Assembly (NCBI GenBank): GCA_902541365.1
Contig: CACBQK010000003.1
Location: 6,698 to 70,697 of the forward strand
Source: an uncultured SAR86 cluster bacterium
GTDB lineage: Bacteria > Pseudomonadota > Gammaproteobacteria > Magnimaribacterales > D2472
Direction of reading: 5' to 3'
DNA length: 64,000 nt
How positions within the stretch are numbered: position 1 is the stretch's first letter; each line of letters starts with the position of its first letter. Shown here one piece after another: positions 36,869-48,537 of the stretch. The notes beneath the pieces were generated by a model. That model saw only the letters and a list, made by a program, of their open reading frames with translations. It ran no database searches and was not told the DNA's origin. The position numbers and the translations under genes were made by a program.

Positions 36869-38697
36869 TCTTGAATCAAAGAATTTAATACTGAAATTGC
36901 AACTGGCCCAGCAACAGATCCGCCGCTTTCTCCATTTTCAACCACAACACTAACAGCATATCTAGGATTTGGCATTGGTCCAAAAGCAATAATAAGTGCA
37001 TGATCTCTTAGACTATCATCAAGTCTTGTCTCAGAATATTGTTCTCTGTTATCTCCAGATACTAATTCAGCAGTCCCTGTTTTGGCTGCGACAATATAGT
37101 TCTTTCTTTCTCTCAATCTTCTTGCTGTTCCAGTGTTCCCCTCTATTACATTAACCATAGATTCATGAAGTTTAAACCAGTCATCATTTGAGAATTTGTT
37201 GAATTCAATGCTTTTTTCACTTTTAACTAAATCTTTTTTAAGAGACAAATCAGAAAATTTTCCTTTGTTAGCCATTATGTATGCATATTTGGCTAATTGA
37301 ATTGGGGTTGAAACTAAATAACCTTGCCCAACTCCCATATTTACAGTGTCACCTTTAAACCAACCAAAGTTGTGTTTATTCATTTTCCATGACGGCTCTG
37401 GGACAAAAACTTTATCTTCTTCAAAACAATCAATGCATGCTTTGCCACCAAAACCCAAAGAAGATAGATGTTTATTGAGTTTATTGATATCAGATCTATA
37501 TGCCAAATCAAAAAAATAGGTATTTGAACTTTGGGTTATGGCTTTGAATAAATTTGTGTTGCCATGCCCTCCTTCTTTCCAATCTCTATAAATCCTTCCA
37601 TCCTCTGGTAATGTAAAAAATCCTTCATCAAAGATTGAGAAATCCCAATCAATCAATCCCTCTTCGATACCATACATTGCAATAGCAGGTTTTATTGATG
37701 AGGCAGGTGGATATCTCCCTTTCAGCGCTCTGTTAAAAAATGGTTTTTCCTCACTTAATAAAAGCTCATCAAAATCTTTTTGTAAGATGCCATTTGCTAA
37801 TTGATTTGTTGGAAAAGTTGGTGAACTAAAGAGTGTAACTATTGAGCCATCTTTAATATCTATTGCTACCACTGCTCCTTTTCTATTATTGAAAGCTTTA
37901 TGTGCTGCTTTATGAGAATTTAAATCAAGGCTAGTGTACAAATTATTGCCTACTTTTGGCTCTGAAGAAATCTTCTCATTCAATGTTCTTCCTCTTGCAT
38001 CGACCTCTCTAAGGTTATTACCAAATTCTCCCGTTAAAATATCCTCATAAGTGAATTCTAGGCCTGTTTTACCAATAATTAATTGATTTGTATATGTGAA
38101 GTTAATTTTCTTGTTTAAACTTCTTTTTTCATAGATCTCATCAAGCTCATCTTCATTTGGCTTTCCAACATAACCAATTGAGTGTGAGAAGATCTTAGGA
38201 TATAAATAATTACGTAAATACCTTTTCCCAACATATGCATTTTCAAACATATGACTCCTAACCAGAAATTTTGCCTTGTCTTCGTCGGAAATAGATTGCT
38301 TCAAGGTTAATTCTTTATTTAATGTCTTTGCTTTTTCAAATTCTGATAAAAATACTTTCTTATCCTCTTCATCTATTTCTAAAAAAGAAGAAAGTTTTAA
38401 TAGAAAATCATCTGGATTATCAATAAAAAAAGGTTTAGTAATCAAATCAAAAGTTGGGATGTTATTTACTAAAATTTCCCCGTTTCTGTCAAAAATAATT
38501 CCTCTTAAGGGCTGAACTGATATCTCCTCATTTTTATTGTTTTCAGCCGCAATTTCGTATTCAGAATAATTTGAGATTTGTAAATTAAATATCTGATAAT
38601 AAAAAGCTACTCCTAGAATGCCAAAAGCAACATAGAGAAAAATAAGTCTTTTATTAAAGCTTATCTTTTCTTTGTAGGTTTCATTTATTTCTGTCAT
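36865..38697 (-). CDS. mrdA: Penicillin-binding protein 2
   Basis: RGIIFDRNG, SSIK (SxxK), SSN, KTGT. Confidence 0.95.
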   Translation of the reverse strand: MTEINETYKEKISFNKRLIFLYVAFGILGVAFYYQIFNLQISNYSEYEIAAENNKNEEISVQPLRGIIFDRNGEILVNNIPTFDLITKPFFIDNPDDFLLKLSSFLEIDEEDKKVFLSEFEKAKTLNKELTLKQSISDEDKAKFLVRSHMFENAYVGKRYLRNYLYPKIFSHSIGYVGKPNEDELDEIYEKRSLNKKINFTYTNQLIIGKTGLEFTYEDILTGEFGNNLREVDARGRTLNEKISSEPKVGNNLYTSLDLNSHKAAHKAFNNRKGAVVAIDIKDGSIVTLFSSPTFPTNQLANGILQKDFDELLLSEEKPFFNRALKGRYPPASSIKPAIAMYGIEEGLIDWDFSIFDEGFFTLPEDGRIYRDWKEGGHGNTNLFKAITQSSNTYFFDLAYRSDINKLNKHLSSLGFGGKACIDCFEEDKVFVPEPSWKMNKHNFGWFKGDTVNMGVGQGYLVSTPIQLAKYAYIMANKGKFSDLSLKKDLVKSEKSIEFNKFSNDDWFKLHESMVNVIEGNTGTARRLRERKNYIVAAKTGTAELVSGDNREQYSETRLDDSLRDHALIIAFGPMPNPRYAVSVVVENGESGGSVAGPVAISVLNSLIQE

Positions 38698-39158
38698 TTG
38701 TGGTAAGACTTGTTTTGTATAATTGTTATAGACCTATAGAGCTGCTCAATAAGTAAAATCTTAAATAATTTATGAGGAAAAGTTAATGCAGAAAATGAAA
38801 TTACATGATCTGATTTTGCAAGAAATGACTCACTCAACCCATAAGATCCTCCAATAATAAGGCTACAGCTTTTTCCTGAGCTTAAGAATTTTTGAGTAAG
38901 GTCCGCAAATTGTAAACTATCTAGCTGTTTACCTTTTCTATCAAAGGAAATTATTAATGAATTTGGCTTAATTCTTTTTAAGATATCTTTTTCTTCATTA
39001 ATTTGAACTTCTCTTATGCTTAAGTTTCTTCCTTGAGCAGGTTTAATATTTTGTATAGTTATGTTGGCGAAAAAAGAAATCTGTTTTAAATAAAATTTTA
39101 AAGTCTCATTCTCCCATTTGGTTAGCTTGTTAGATATTGATATAACTTCTAATTTCAT
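38694..39158 (-). CDS. rlmH: 23S rRNA pseudouridine-1915 methyltransferase
   Basis: IIGGSYGL, SFSALTFPH, EQLYRS, YHK end. Confidence 0.95.
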   Translation of the reverse strand: MKLEVISISNKLTKWENETLKFYLKQISFFANITIQNIKPAQGRNLSIREVQINEEKDILKRIKPNSLIISFDRKGKQLDSLQFADLTQKFLSSGKSCSLIIGGSYGLSESFLAKSDHVISFSALTFPHKLFKILLIEQLYRSITIIQNKSYHK

Positions 39159-39502
39159 AAATTAGAATTTAAAGTGGCGTCCTCATACCCCCATAGTGTT
39201 TCTAAATCATAGTAAACGCGAGTCTCATTATTCATTATATTTATTACTAGGTCTTCACAATCAATTAAGATCCAGTCTGAAGTATCCTGTCCCTCAACTC
39301 CTAGAACTAAAATATTATTACTTTTAAGATCTTCAACAACTCTATCTGATAGTGCTTTTGCATGCCTTGATGAAGTGGCTGATGCAATAATCATTTCATC
39401 TGCAAAGGAAGAAATCTTCTTCAAATCGATGCATACAATGTCTTTAGCTTTTAATTCCTCAAGGGAGTTTATGCAGAGTTTTTTTAATGAAGTTTTTGCC
39501 AA
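39155..39502 (-). CDS. rsfS: Ribosome silencing factor
   Basis: LEELKAKDI, SSRH, WILID, YYDLETLW; TTG start. Confidence 0.95.
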   Translation of the reverse strand: MAKTSLKKLCINSLEELKAKDIVCIDLKKISSFADEMIIASATSSRHAKALSDRVVEDLKSNNILVLGVEGQDTSDWILIDCEDLVINIMNNETRVYYDLETLWGYEDATLNSNL

Positions 39503-39563
39503 GTTGTTTTTGCTTTTAATCCATTAAGTATATGATAAAAAAAGATATTATTATTAATTAATT

Positions 39564-39977
39564 ATGCAAAAATATTTGTCGGAAAATCTTGTTGATATAT
39601 TCTTCCTTCTTGGAATCAGCTCAATAGTAATTTTAGTAATAAGCGTTTTTTCAATAGGCTTCTTTATAAAAAGAATACCACATGACTATTTTTTAGATGA
39701 TAAGAGAGGTATATCTGAATACAAGAATAATAATCCTATTTTTTGGATAATTTCATTAGCATTAAAGAATATCATTGGTTATTGCTTGATTATGGGTGGC
39801 ATTTTAATGCTTGTGCTTCCTGGCCAAGGATTGCTGACGATTTTGGTTGGACTTATGTTAAGTGACTATCCAGGAAAATTTAAGTTGGAAAAAAGAATTA
39901 TTAAAACAAACTTGGTTTTAAAAACAATAAATTGGTACAGAACCAAATCAAATATACCACCAATAATCTTCAAATAA
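39564..39977 (+). CDS. Small membrane protein, PGPGW-like
   Basis: GILMLVLPGQGLLTILVGL motif, several TM segments. Confidence 0.75.
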   Translation: MQKYLSENLVDIFFLLGISSIVILVISVFSIGFFIKRIPHDYFLDDKRGISEYKNNNPIFWIISLALKNIIGYCLIMGGILMLVLPGQGLLTILVGLMLSDYPGKFKLEKRIIKTNLVLKTINWYRTKSNIPPIIFK

Positions 39978-40054
39978 TTCTTTTATTAGAGCTCTCTCAA
40001 GGTGTATTATTCGACTTATTAATATATAAAGATTTTATCGGTGGAGGAGTAAAG

Positions 40055-41059
40055 ATGTCAGTAAAAAATACGAAATGGGTTTTAAAAGAGAGGCCTGAAG
40101 GTCTTGTTAAGAATGAAAATTTTAAGCTTATAAAAGAAGAACTAAGAGATATTCAGGATGGAGAAATTCTTATAGAAAATCAATATTTATCTTTTGATCC
40201 AACACAAAGAATGTGGTTAACAGATTTACCTGGATATCTTCCTCCGGTTCAAATTGATGAAGTTGTAAGATCAGGTGGAATTGGAAAGATTGTTGAATCA
40301 AAAAATGAGAATTTTTCCGAAGGCGATTTAGTAAGTGGCATGGTTGGGTGGCAGACCCATCACATTCCCTCAGAAAATGACTTAAAGACAATGCGCAAAG
40401 TACCCGACGTACTGCCCATACCTACTATGTTAAATATCTTTGGATCAACAGGAATTACTGCCTACTTTGGCCTGCTGGATGTTGGCAATCCTCAACCAGG
40501 TGAGACTGTTGTTGTCTCTGGAGCAGCTGGAGCCACGGGAGCAATGGTTTGTCAGATTGCAAAAATTAAAGGGTGTCATGTAATTGGAATAGCTGGTGGT
40601 GATGAAAAATGTTCATGGTTAAAAGAGTGCGGAGTAGATGATGTAATTGATTATAAAAATTCCAATGTTGCAGAAGAGTTAACTAAGCTAGCTAAAGATG
40701 GAATAGATATTTATTTTGATAATGTAGGCGGACCTATTTTGGAGTCAGTGCTTTTTTTAATTAATATAAATGCAAGAATTATTTGTTGTGGCAGTATCTC
40801 AAATTACACAGGAGAGCAAATGCCTGTGGGGCCAAGAAATCTAACTATGCTTATTGTAAGAAGAGCTAAAATGCAGGGGTTTTTGGTTTTGGATTACTAT
40901 GGCCGAGCTAGTGAGGCAATTGATGATATCTCTAAATGGGCGATGGAAGGAAAAATCAAACATCGAGAGGATATCCAAAAAGGTATTGAGAACTGTCCTG
41001 AAACACTAAATAGATTATTCACAGGGCAAAATCAAGGAAAACAAATGCTGAAGATCTAG
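40055..41059 (+). CDS. NADP-dependent oxidoreductase (MDR; prostaglandin reductase/CurA-like)
   Basis: LKERPEG, YLSFDP, GITAYFGL, SGAAGATG, YFDNVGG; GGAGGAG SD before the ATG at 40055 (track start 39932 is too early). Confidence 0.92.
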   Translation: MSVKNTKWVLKERPEGLVKNENFKLIKEELRDIQDGEILIENQYLSFDPTQRMWLTDLPGYLPPVQIDEVVRSGGIGKIVESKNENFSEGDLVSGMVGWQTHHIPSENDLKTMRKVPDVLPIPTMLNIFGSTGITAYFGLLDVGNPQPGETVVVSGAAGATGAMVCQIAKIKGCHVIGIAGGDEKCSWLKECGVDDVIDYKNSNVAEELTKLAKDGIDIYFDNVGGPILESVLFLININARIICCGSISNYTGEQMPVGPRNLTMLIVRRAKMQGFLVLDYYGRASEAIDDISKWAMEGKIKHREDIQKGIENCPETLNRLFTGQNQGKQMLKI

Positions 41060-41650
41060 TTAGGTTTTTCTTATTGATTCAAGAATCTTCGATAGTATTT
41101 TAAATCTTTGATCAGCATCAAATGCTGTAAGTAGCGTTTGCTTTTCATCTGGTGTTAGTGGAATTAAATTTCCTAAGTGATAAGAGACTGAGTCAGCAGA
41201 GTCTAAATCAATATCAAGTTGCAATGTTTTAATTTCTGGGTGTTCTTTAAGTTTGACTAAAACCTCAATCAGATCTGGATACTTCGCTAAGAGAGATTGG
41301 TCGTCAACTTCAGGTTCAGTTAATGGTAGAACCTCACCAAGATAAGACTTATCTTCTAGCTGAATTATATTATTTAGAGAAACTTTTGATTCAGCTTTAA
41401 CTGTTATTCCTAACAATCCATTCGGTAAATTGTTGAAGTCAACAATCTGTACTGATGTTCCAACCTTCTCAATACCAAAGTCAAAATCATCAAATCTATC
41501 TGATTTATAGGAAATCACAAAATTTGAAGCATTGGACATGCACTGTTTCACCATATTTAAATAGCGGGGTTCAAAGATTTGCAAACCCTGAATTGTTCCT
41601 GGGAGAACAACTAATTTTAAAGGAAAGATTGGTAAGTTAATTGGCTTCAA
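41060..41650 (-). CDS. LON peptidase substrate-binding (N) domain protein
   Basis: LPIFPL.VVLPG..LQIFEPRY, VDF..LPNGLLGI. Confidence 0.9.
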   Translation of the reverse strand: MKPINLPIFPLKLVVLPGTIQGLQIFEPRYLNMVKQCMSNASNFVISYKSDRFDDFDFGIEKVGTSVQIVDFNNLPNGLLGITVKAESKVSLNNIIQLEDKSYLGEVLPLTEPEVDDQSLLAKYPDLIEVLVKLKEHPEIKTLQLDIDLDSADSVSYHLGNLIPLTPDEKQTLLTAFDADQRFKILSKILESIRKT

Positions 41651-42947
41651 TGATGTCTCTTAAAGGTTCATAGATATTTCTACTATTTTTATTGGTCATT
41701 ATTAAAATGATATCAAAATGTGAATAATTTTTTGAGACCGATTTAATCAAATCATCATGAGAATTATAAATATTCCCCTTTTTATTTTTAAGAATTGATT
41801 TATGATCCAGCCATAGAATATCTCTTTCTAAAGTATCAATAGAAAATAGTTCTTCTCCATGAAAACCTTCCGACATTGTGTTAGATCCAAGCTCAATAAT
41901 ATTTAGTATATTTTTTCCGTTATATTTTTCTTGAACTGCTTGAATAGTAGATTTTATAGCTGTTGGATGATGCGCAAAGTCGTCTAATATTGTTATTCCA
42001 TTAAAAGTCCCCTTCTCTTCAAGTCTGCGAAGTACACCACTAAAATCTTTTAGCCCGTTATGAGCGACATTAAGATTTATTCCATAAGATGCAGCAGAAA
42101 TGATTGCTGCAGCTGCATTAAGGTTGTTATGAGAACCATAAAAAGGTAAATCGTTTACACAGACTGACCTCCCATCAAATTTAATCATTGAAGAAGACGA
42201 ATCAAAGCTAGCCCTGCTGGCATTTCCATTAATTTCAATAATATCTGCCCAGCAACCCTCATTGATAACATCTAATGCATTTTTATCATGGTTAAATAGA
42301 ATTATTTTTCCGCTACTCGGTATAATTTTTAATAAGTGATGGAATTGTTTTTTTATCTCATCTAAATCATTAAAAATATCTGCATGATCAAACTCAATAT
42401 TGTTTATCAAAAGAATATTTGGAGAGTAATGTATAAATTTTGATCTCTTATCAAAAAATGCAGAATCATATTCATCTGCCTCAATTACGAAGATTTCATC
42501 ACTACCTATTTTTGCAGAGAATGTAAAATCAGGTGATATGCCTCCTATGAGATAACCTATATCTTTACCCAAAGACTGAAATATCTTTGCAATCATGAAG
42601 GATGTTGTCGTTTTTCCATGAGTTCCGGAGACAGCTATCACAAATCTATCTTTGATAATTTCACCAAGCATCTCGGGTCCAGATTTATAAGGGAGGTTTT
42701 TATTTAAAATTTCTTCCACGCATTTATTTCCTCTAGAAAGTGCATTTCCAATTACGTATAGATCAGCTTCAGGCATTGAAGATGGCTCAAATCCCTTTGT
42801 TAGTTCGATATCTAATTCTCTTAGTTGATCTGACATTGGAGGATAAAAATTATTATCTGATCCAGTAACCTTATGATCGGACTCAATTAAAATTCGAGCC
42901 AATCCTCCCATAAATGTTCCGCAGATTCCTAGGATATGAATTTTCAT
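41637..42947 (-). CDS. mpl: Murein peptide ligase Mpl
   Basis: IHILGICGTFMG, GTHGKTTT, EADEYDSAFFDKRSKF, DDFAHHPT. Confidence 0.95.
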   Translation of the reverse strand: MKIHILGICGTFMGGLARILIESDHKVTGSDNNFYPPMSDQLRELDIELTKGFEPSSMPEADLYVIGNALSRGNKCVEEILNKNLPYKSGPEMLGEIIKDRFVIAVSGTHGKTTTSFMIAKIFQSLGKDIGYLIGGISPDFTFSAKIGSDEIFVIEADEYDSAFFDKRSKFIHYSPNILLINNIEFDHADIFNDLDEIKKQFHHLLKIIPSSGKIILFNHDKNALDVINEGCWADIIEINGNASRASFDSSSSMIKFDGRSVCVNDLPFYGSHNNLNAAAAIISAASYGINLNVAHNGLKDFSGVLRRLEEKGTFNGITILDDFAHHPTAIKSTIQAVQEKYNGKNILNIIELGSNTMSEGFHGEELFSIDTLERDILWLDHKSILKNKKGNIYNSHDDLIKSVSKNYSHFDIILIMTNKNSRNIYEPLRDIIEAN

Positions 42948-43004
42948 AAATACTTTTAATAATTAGAACATTTTTGCTAGCATAGTTAAATCTTTACTTA
43001 AGCT

Positions 43005-44258
43005 ATGAAAAAAAATGCTTTTTATGCTCAATCAGGTGGTGTAACTTCTGTCATTAATGCTACTGCTGCTGCAGTAATTCAGGAAGCAAAGAAATTTCCA
43101 AATCAAATAAATAAAGTTTATGCAGGGCAAAATGGAATACTTGGAGCACTTCGAGAGAATCTAATTGATACCTCTAAAGAATCAAAAAAACTAATTCAAT
43201 CCTTATATTACAGGCCAGGTGGTGTATTTGGATCATGCAGATATAAACTTAAAAGCTTAGGTGAAAATGCAAAAGAGTATAAAAGGCTCATAGAGGTTTT
43301 TAAAGCTCATGATATTGGTTACTTTTTTTACAATGGTGGGAATGATTCTGCAGATACTGCATATAAAGTATCTCAGATAAGTGAAAGTCTTGGCTATGAT
43401 TTAACCTGTATTGCAATACCTAAAACAGTTGATAATGATTTAGCTGTTACAGATACATGTCCAGGATTTGGGTCAGTTGCAAAATATGTTGCGATATCGA
43501 CTCAAGAAGCAAGTCTTGATGTTCAATCGATGATGGAGAGTTCTACAAAAGTCTTCATTCTAGAGGTAATGGGGAGACATGCTGGGTGGATTGCTGGGTC
43601 TTCAGCTCTTGCCAAACAAGATAACTCTGATGCTCCTCACATAATTCTTCTTCCAGAAATTACTTTTAATCAAACTGCTTTTTTAAAAAAAGTAAAAGAG
43701 ACTGTAAACAAATTAGGTTACTGTGTTGTTGTAGCTTCAGAGGGAATAAAAAATAATAAAAATAAGTTTCTTGCTGAAGCTGATACAAAAGATGCTTTTG
43801 GCCATGCTCAACTTGGTGGAGTTGCTCCTTTTTTAGCAAATCTTATCTCTCAAAAATTAAAACTTAAAAATCATTGGGCGGTGGCTGATTATCTTCAAAG
43901 AAGTGCGAGACATATTTCTTCAAAAGTTGATTTAGAACATGCTGAAGCGGTTGGAAGACATGCCATTAAATATGCAGTTAAGGGTATGAATGGTGTCATG
44001 CCAGTAATAAAAAGAAAAAAGACTTTGAAATATTCTTGGGAAATAGTTCCTGCGAAGCTCTCTAAAATAGCAAATGTAGAAAAAAAACTACCAAAAAGCT
44101 TTATTACAAAAGATGGCTTTGGCATAACTAAGAAAGGTATAGATTATTTTAGTCCTTTAGTTCAAGGTGAAGGGCCAGTAGATTATAAGAATGGTCTTCC
44201 AAAGCTAGAAAAACCAAAACTAATTCTTGCTAAGAAAAAACTACCTAATTGGAAGTAG
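43005..44258 (+). CDS. pfp: Phosphofructokinase, probably pyrophosphate-dependent
   Basis: [27 protein letters not shown]. Confidence 0.85.
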   Translation: MKKNAFYAQSGGVTSVINATAAAVIQEAKKFPNQINKVYAGQNGILGALRENLIDTSKESKKLIQSLYYRPGGVFGSCRYKLKSLGENAKEYKRLIEVFKAHDIGYFFYNGGNDSADTAYKVSQISESLGYDLTCIAIPKTVDNDLAVTDTCPGFGSVAKYVAISTQEASLDVQSMMESSTKVFILEVMGRHAGWIAGSSALAKQDNSDAPHIILLPEITFNQTAFLKKVKETVNKLGYCVVVASEGIKNNKNKFLAEADTKDAFGHAQLGGVAPFLANLISQKLKLKNHWAVADYLQRSARHISSKVDLEHAEAVGRHAIKYAVKGMNGVMPVIKRKKTLKYSWEIVPAKLSKIANVEKKLPKSFITKDGFGITKKGIDYFSPLVQGEGPVDYKNGLPKLEKPKLILAKKKLPNWK

Positions 44259-46497
44259 ATTCAGGTCTTTCAACCGTTATCGATAAAACCCTTTTATAAC
44301 CTTGTGGTAAAGATCGTCCTCTTTTTGCTCGCTCAAGTTTAAATCCTTCTAGTTCTCTTGAAGAAAACGCCCTAATATTTCCATTGTCTCTTTGAATATT
44401 TAATTTAGATCCTTCGCTAAATGGTTTTACAATGATTAGTCTTTCCTTCTTTTCAACAAACTGTTTTTTAGGAATATTTATTATCTTAGTACCTTTGCCT
44501 TTTGCTAGGACCGTCAGCTCATTTAAATTAAAAATTAATAACTTCCCAAAGTTAGTTACGGCAGCTACATATTTATCGTCTTGCATAATTTTCTCACAAG
44601 GAAGAATCTCAGCGCCATCTGGAACCTTCATAAAGGCTTTACCTGTTTTCTTATTGGAGATCATATCTTCAAAGTTTGCGAGGAATCCATATCCAGATGT
44701 ATTAGCAATAAGAAACTTATCCTCGCTTTTTCCAATGGCAACACTCATAAATTCAACTCCTGAGCTAGAAGTAACTCTTCCTGTTAAAGGCTCCCCCAGG
44801 CCTCTTGCAGAAGGGAGTGTGTGCGCAGGCAATGTATAAGCTTTGCCAAGAGCATCAATAAATACACAGGGTTGATTATTTCTTCCGCGACTAAAGTCCT
44901 TTAATTTATCCTCTCCTCTATAGGAAAGAGTTGAAGGATCTATTTCGTGACCTTTGGCACTTCTAATCCAACCTGCATTTGAAAGAACAATTGTTACAGG
45001 ATCAGATGTAATAGTATCTTCCTCAGAGAACATCTTTGCGCTTGAAGATTCAATAATGGGAGAGTTTCTTTCATCTCCAAAGTTTTCCTTTATTTCTTTT
45101 AATTCATTTTTAATAAAGGTTTTCAATCTTGCCTTTGAATTAAGAATCTTTTCAAGTTCTTTTTTCTCTTTTTTAAGAGCATCTCTTTCTTCTTCTAATT
45201 TAATTTGTTCAAGTTTTGCAAGCTGTCTGAGTTTTATCTCTAATATTGCATTAGCCTGAATATCAGATATTTTAAATTTTTTAGTGAGTTCTTTTTTGGG
45301 ATCATCTGATTGTCTTATTATCTTAATTACTTTATTTAGATCGAGATAGACAATTAATAAGCCTTCTAATATATGCAATCTATCATCTACTTGATCGAGC
45401 CTATGTTCGAGCTTTCTGGTTACTGTTGTTTTCCTGAATGCTATCCAGTCGCTTAGAAGATCTTTTATTGAGTAAACCTTAGGTGACCCTTTTAAAGAAA
45501 TTAAATTAAAGTTACCCCTGTAGTTTTTCTGCAAGTCTGTTGATGCATATAAATGATTCATGAGATCTTCTGTATTAACTCTATTAGATTTTAAGCTTAT
45601 TACTAATCTTGTTGGCTCCTCATGATCGCCCTCATCTCTTAGGTCAACAATCATTGGAAGTTTTTTATTTATCATTTGATTTGAAATTTGCTCTAAAACT
45701 TTTGAGCCAGACGTTTGATGAGGAAGGTCAGTTACAATGATATCATTGCCCTCTTTTTTCCAAGCACACTTCATTTTAAAAGCACCTCTTCCAGTGCTAT
45801 ACATTTCATTTAACTCTTCTGGAGATGCAACAATTGAAGCCTTGTTAGAAAAATCTGGTCCCTTAATATATTTGAGAATTTGATCAACAGAAGTCTTAGG
45901 ATTTTCTAAAACATGGATAGTTGCATCAATTACCTCTGTCATATTGTGTGATGGAATATCTGTAGCCATACCAACTGCTATGCCTGTAGTCCCATTAAGT
46001 AAAATGGATGGAACTTTCGCTGGAAAGATTACTGGCTCAAGAAGTGATCCATCAAAATTTGGCTGCCAATCAACTGTTCCTTGTTTTAACTCATCTATTA
46101 AAAGATCTGAAAATTTTGTTAGTTTAGATTCTGTATATCTCATTGCCGCAAAAGATTTAGGATCATCTTGCGATCCCCAATTTCCTTGACCATCTACAAA
46201 TGGATACCTAAATGAAAAATCTTGTGCCATTAAAACCATCGCTTCATAAGCAGCACTATCACCATGCGGATGGAATTTACCTATTACATCCCCAACAGTT
46301 CTAGCAGATTTCTTGTACTTTGATGATGCATTTAGTCCAAGTTCTGACATTGCATATAAAATCCTTCTTTGTACTGGCTTCAGTCCATCTCCAATATTGG
46401 GTAAAGCTCGATCCAAAATGACATACATCGAATAATTGAGATATGCATTTTCTGCATATTTTTTAATGCTTTGTTTATCTAAATTTTCTTTAGTCAT
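44245..46497 (-). CDS. parC: Topoisomerase IV subunit A
   Basis: [31 protein letters not shown]; 750 aa. Confidence 0.97.
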   Translation of the reverse strand: MTKENLDKQSIKKYAENAYLNYSMYVILDRALPNIGDGLKPVQRRILYAMSELGLNASSKYKKSARTVGDVIGKFHPHGDSAAYEAMVLMAQDFSFRYPFVDGQGNWGSQDDPKSFAAMRYTESKLTKFSDLLIDELKQGTVDWQPNFDGSLLEPVIFPAKVPSILLNGTTGIAVGMATDIPSHNMTEVIDATIHVLENPKTSVDQILKYIKGPDFSNKASIVASPEELNEMYSTGRGAFKMKCAWKKEGNDIIVTDLPHQTSGSKVLEQISNQMINKKLPMIVDLRDEGDHEEPTRLVISLKSNRVNTEDLMNHLYASTDLQKNYRGNFNLISLKGSPKVYSIKDLLSDWIAFRKTTVTRKLEHRLDQVDDRLHILEGLLIVYLDLNKVIKIIRQSDDPKKELTKKFKISDIQANAILEIKLRQLAKLEQIKLEEERDALKKEKKELEKILNSKARLKTFIKNELKEIKENFGDERNSPIIESSSAKMFSEEDTITSDPVTIVLSNAGWIRSAKGHEIDPSTLSYRGEDKLKDFSRGRNNQPCVFIDALGKAYTLPAHTLPSARGLGEPLTGRVTSSSGVEFMSVAIGKSEDKFLIANTSGYGFLANFEDMISNKKTGKAFMKVPDGAEILPCEKIMQDDKYVAAVTNFGKLLIFNLNELTVLAKGKGTKIINIPKKQFVEKKERLIIVKPFSEGSKLNIQRDNGNIRAFSSRELEGFKLERAKRGRSLPQGYKRVLSITVERPESTSN

Positions 46498-48389
46498 TAA
46501 ATCTCCGCTAAGTTACCTTTCTTTTCAAGCCATTCTTTTCTATCTGGGGCTCTCTTTTTAGAAAGCAGTAGATCAAATACTGAGTTTGCATTATCAGAAC
46601 TACTTAAAGTTAGTTGAACTAGTCTTCTTGATTCAGGCTTCATAACCGTCTCTCTTAATTGAGACGGATTCATTTCTCCAAGCCCTTTAAATCTTTGAAT
46701 ATCTATCTTAATTTTCGAGTTCTGTTTTTTAATTTTCTTAACAATAGATTCTTTTTCACTCTCATCTAGGGCATAAAAAACTTCTCTTGCAGCATCAATC
46801 CTATATAACGGAGGCATGGAGACAAAAATTTTTCCTGAGGTTACTAAATTCTTATAGTGTCTGAGGAATAATGCACATAATAAAGTTGCTATGTGCAGTC
46901 CATCTGAGTCGGCATCAGCAAGAATACAAATCTTTCCATATCTTAGGTTTGAAATATCTGTATCTCCTGGTAAAGATCCAATAGCAGTCGCAAGATCTTT
47001 AATTTCTTGAGATTTTATTATGTCTGCACTTTCTAAATCCCAGGTATTAAGAATTTTTCCTCTTAAAGGCATTATTGCTTGAAACCTTCTATCTCGAGCT
47101 TGTTTTGCAGACCCTCCTGCTGAGTCTCCCTCAACTAAAAATAGCTCGCTTTCTTCGATATTATCGCAGTTACAGTCTGAAAGCTTTCCAGGAAGAGCCG
47201 GACCTTTAAATGTCTTCTTTCTATCAACTTTTGTTGAGCTTTTAATCCTCTTTTGAGCAGCGGCAATTGCAAGATCCGCAATCTTTTCACCCTGTTCGGT
47301 ATGTTGGTTAAGCCAAATACTTAGAGAATCTTTTGTTGAAGATGAAACAAAGCTCATATGATCTTTAGAATCAAGCCTCTCTTTAGTTTGACCAGCAAAC
47401 TGAGGATTTTTTAATTTTGAGGAAATAACAAAAATGCAGTTAGCAAGAATGTCATCCGAGTTAATTTTTATACCTTTTGGAATCAAATTCCTGTAGTCGC
47501 AGAATTCTTTTATTGCCTCAAGAAGACCAGATTTAAACCCATTTAAATGAGAGCCACCTAATGCAGTAGGAATTAAGTTCACATAAGTTTCTTTGAGCAA
47601 ATTATTTGAAGCCTCTTCAGTCCAATTCACTGCTACATCTAATGCTTGATCATCAGAAGTCTTAGAAAGAATAATAGTTTCATCAAGAAGTTTCTCATTA
47701 CAACCTGAAAACTCATCAAGGTAGTCACTCAGTCCCTCATCAAAAATCCATTTAATTCTCTCATTCTTTTTTTCATCAAAGTAATCTATTTGAAGACCTG
47801 GGCAAAGAACTGCCTTAGCCTTTAGTAGATGTTTTAAGCTCTTTTTGTTTATCTCTAGTGTTTCGAAGTATTGTTTGTCTGGATAAAATCTAATTGTGGT
47901 TCCTGAATTAGTAGCCCCAACATCACCAATTGATTTCAAATCATTGTCTTTGTCTCCGGCAGAGAAATTTATTTCATACTCTTTTGAATCACGTTTAATT
48001 TTTACATTAAGTTTGGTGGATAAAGCATTGACTACAGATACTCCAACTCCATGAAGCCCTCCTGAAAAACCATAATCTTCTCCAGAGAACTTTGCCCCGG
48101 CATGAAGCTTACACATAATTAATTCAACGCCTGTTAGTTTATGCTCAGGATGGACATCAACAGGCATACCTCGTCCATTATCTGAGACTTCAACGCTATT
48201 ATCTTTATAAAGATTTACTTTAATGCGCTTACAATAACCTGATAATGCTTCATCTACAGAGTTATCCAGAACTTCTTGAATAAGATGATTTGGGCATGAA
48301 GTATCGGTATACATACCTGGTCTTTTTTTGACGGGATCGAGACCCGACAAAACCTCAATTGCTTTTGAATCGTAAGCCTTTTTTGACAA
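46497..48389 (-). CDS. parE: Topoisomerase IV subunit B
   Basis: [44 protein letters not shown]; TTG start. Confidence 0.97.
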   Translation of the reverse strand: MSKKAYDSKAIEVLSGLDPVKKRPGMYTDTSCPNHLIQEVLDNSVDEALSGYCKRIKVNLYKDNSVEVSDNGRGMPVDVHPEHKLTGVELIMCKLHAGAKFSGEDYGFSGGLHGVGVSVVNALSTKLNVKIKRDSKEYEINFSAGDKDNDLKSIGDVGATNSGTTIRFYPDKQYFETLEINKKSLKHLLKAKAVLCPGLQIDYFDEKKNERIKWIFDEGLSDYLDEFSGCNEKLLDETIILSKTSDDQALDVAVNWTEEASNNLLKETYVNLIPTALGGSHLNGFKSGLLEAIKEFCDYRNLIPKGIKINSDDILANCIFVISSKLKNPQFAGQTKERLDSKDHMSFVSSSTKDSLSIWLNQHTEQGEKIADLAIAAAQKRIKSSTKVDRKKTFKGPALPGKLSDCNCDNIEESELFLVEGDSAGGSAKQARDRRFQAIMPLRGKILNTWDLESADIIKSQEIKDLATAIGSLPGDTDISNLRYGKICILADADSDGLHIATLLCALFLRHYKNLVTSGKIFVSMPPLYRIDAAREVFYALDESEKESIVKKIKKQNSKIKIDIQRFKGLGEMNPSQLRETVMKPESRRLVQLTLSSSDNANSVFDLLLSKKRAPDRKEWLEKKGNLAEI

Positions 48390-48474
48390 TGTTAGATACC
48401 TTTATAAGCGTTGGAACTATTTTACTCTAAGCTTAAGTAATATAAAGAAAATAATTCCTTAATGTAAAGTTTAC

Positions 48475-48517
48475 TTGACACTTTATATTGACATAGATAG
48501 CATAAAGGTTGTTTAAT
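48475..48517 (+). promoter_or_regulatory. Putative tandem sigma70 promoters of tolC
   Basis: TTGACA(48475)-17 nt-TAGCAT and TTGACA(48488)-18 nt-TTTAAT. Confidence 0.5.
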
Positions 48518-48537
48518 GCAATCCAATTATTATTGTT

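Noticed and set aside
48460-48495. TetR operator upstream of tolC
   Set aside because: Imperfect symmetry is present but does not match the GTTAAC-N3-GTNAAC pattern at 16590-16641.
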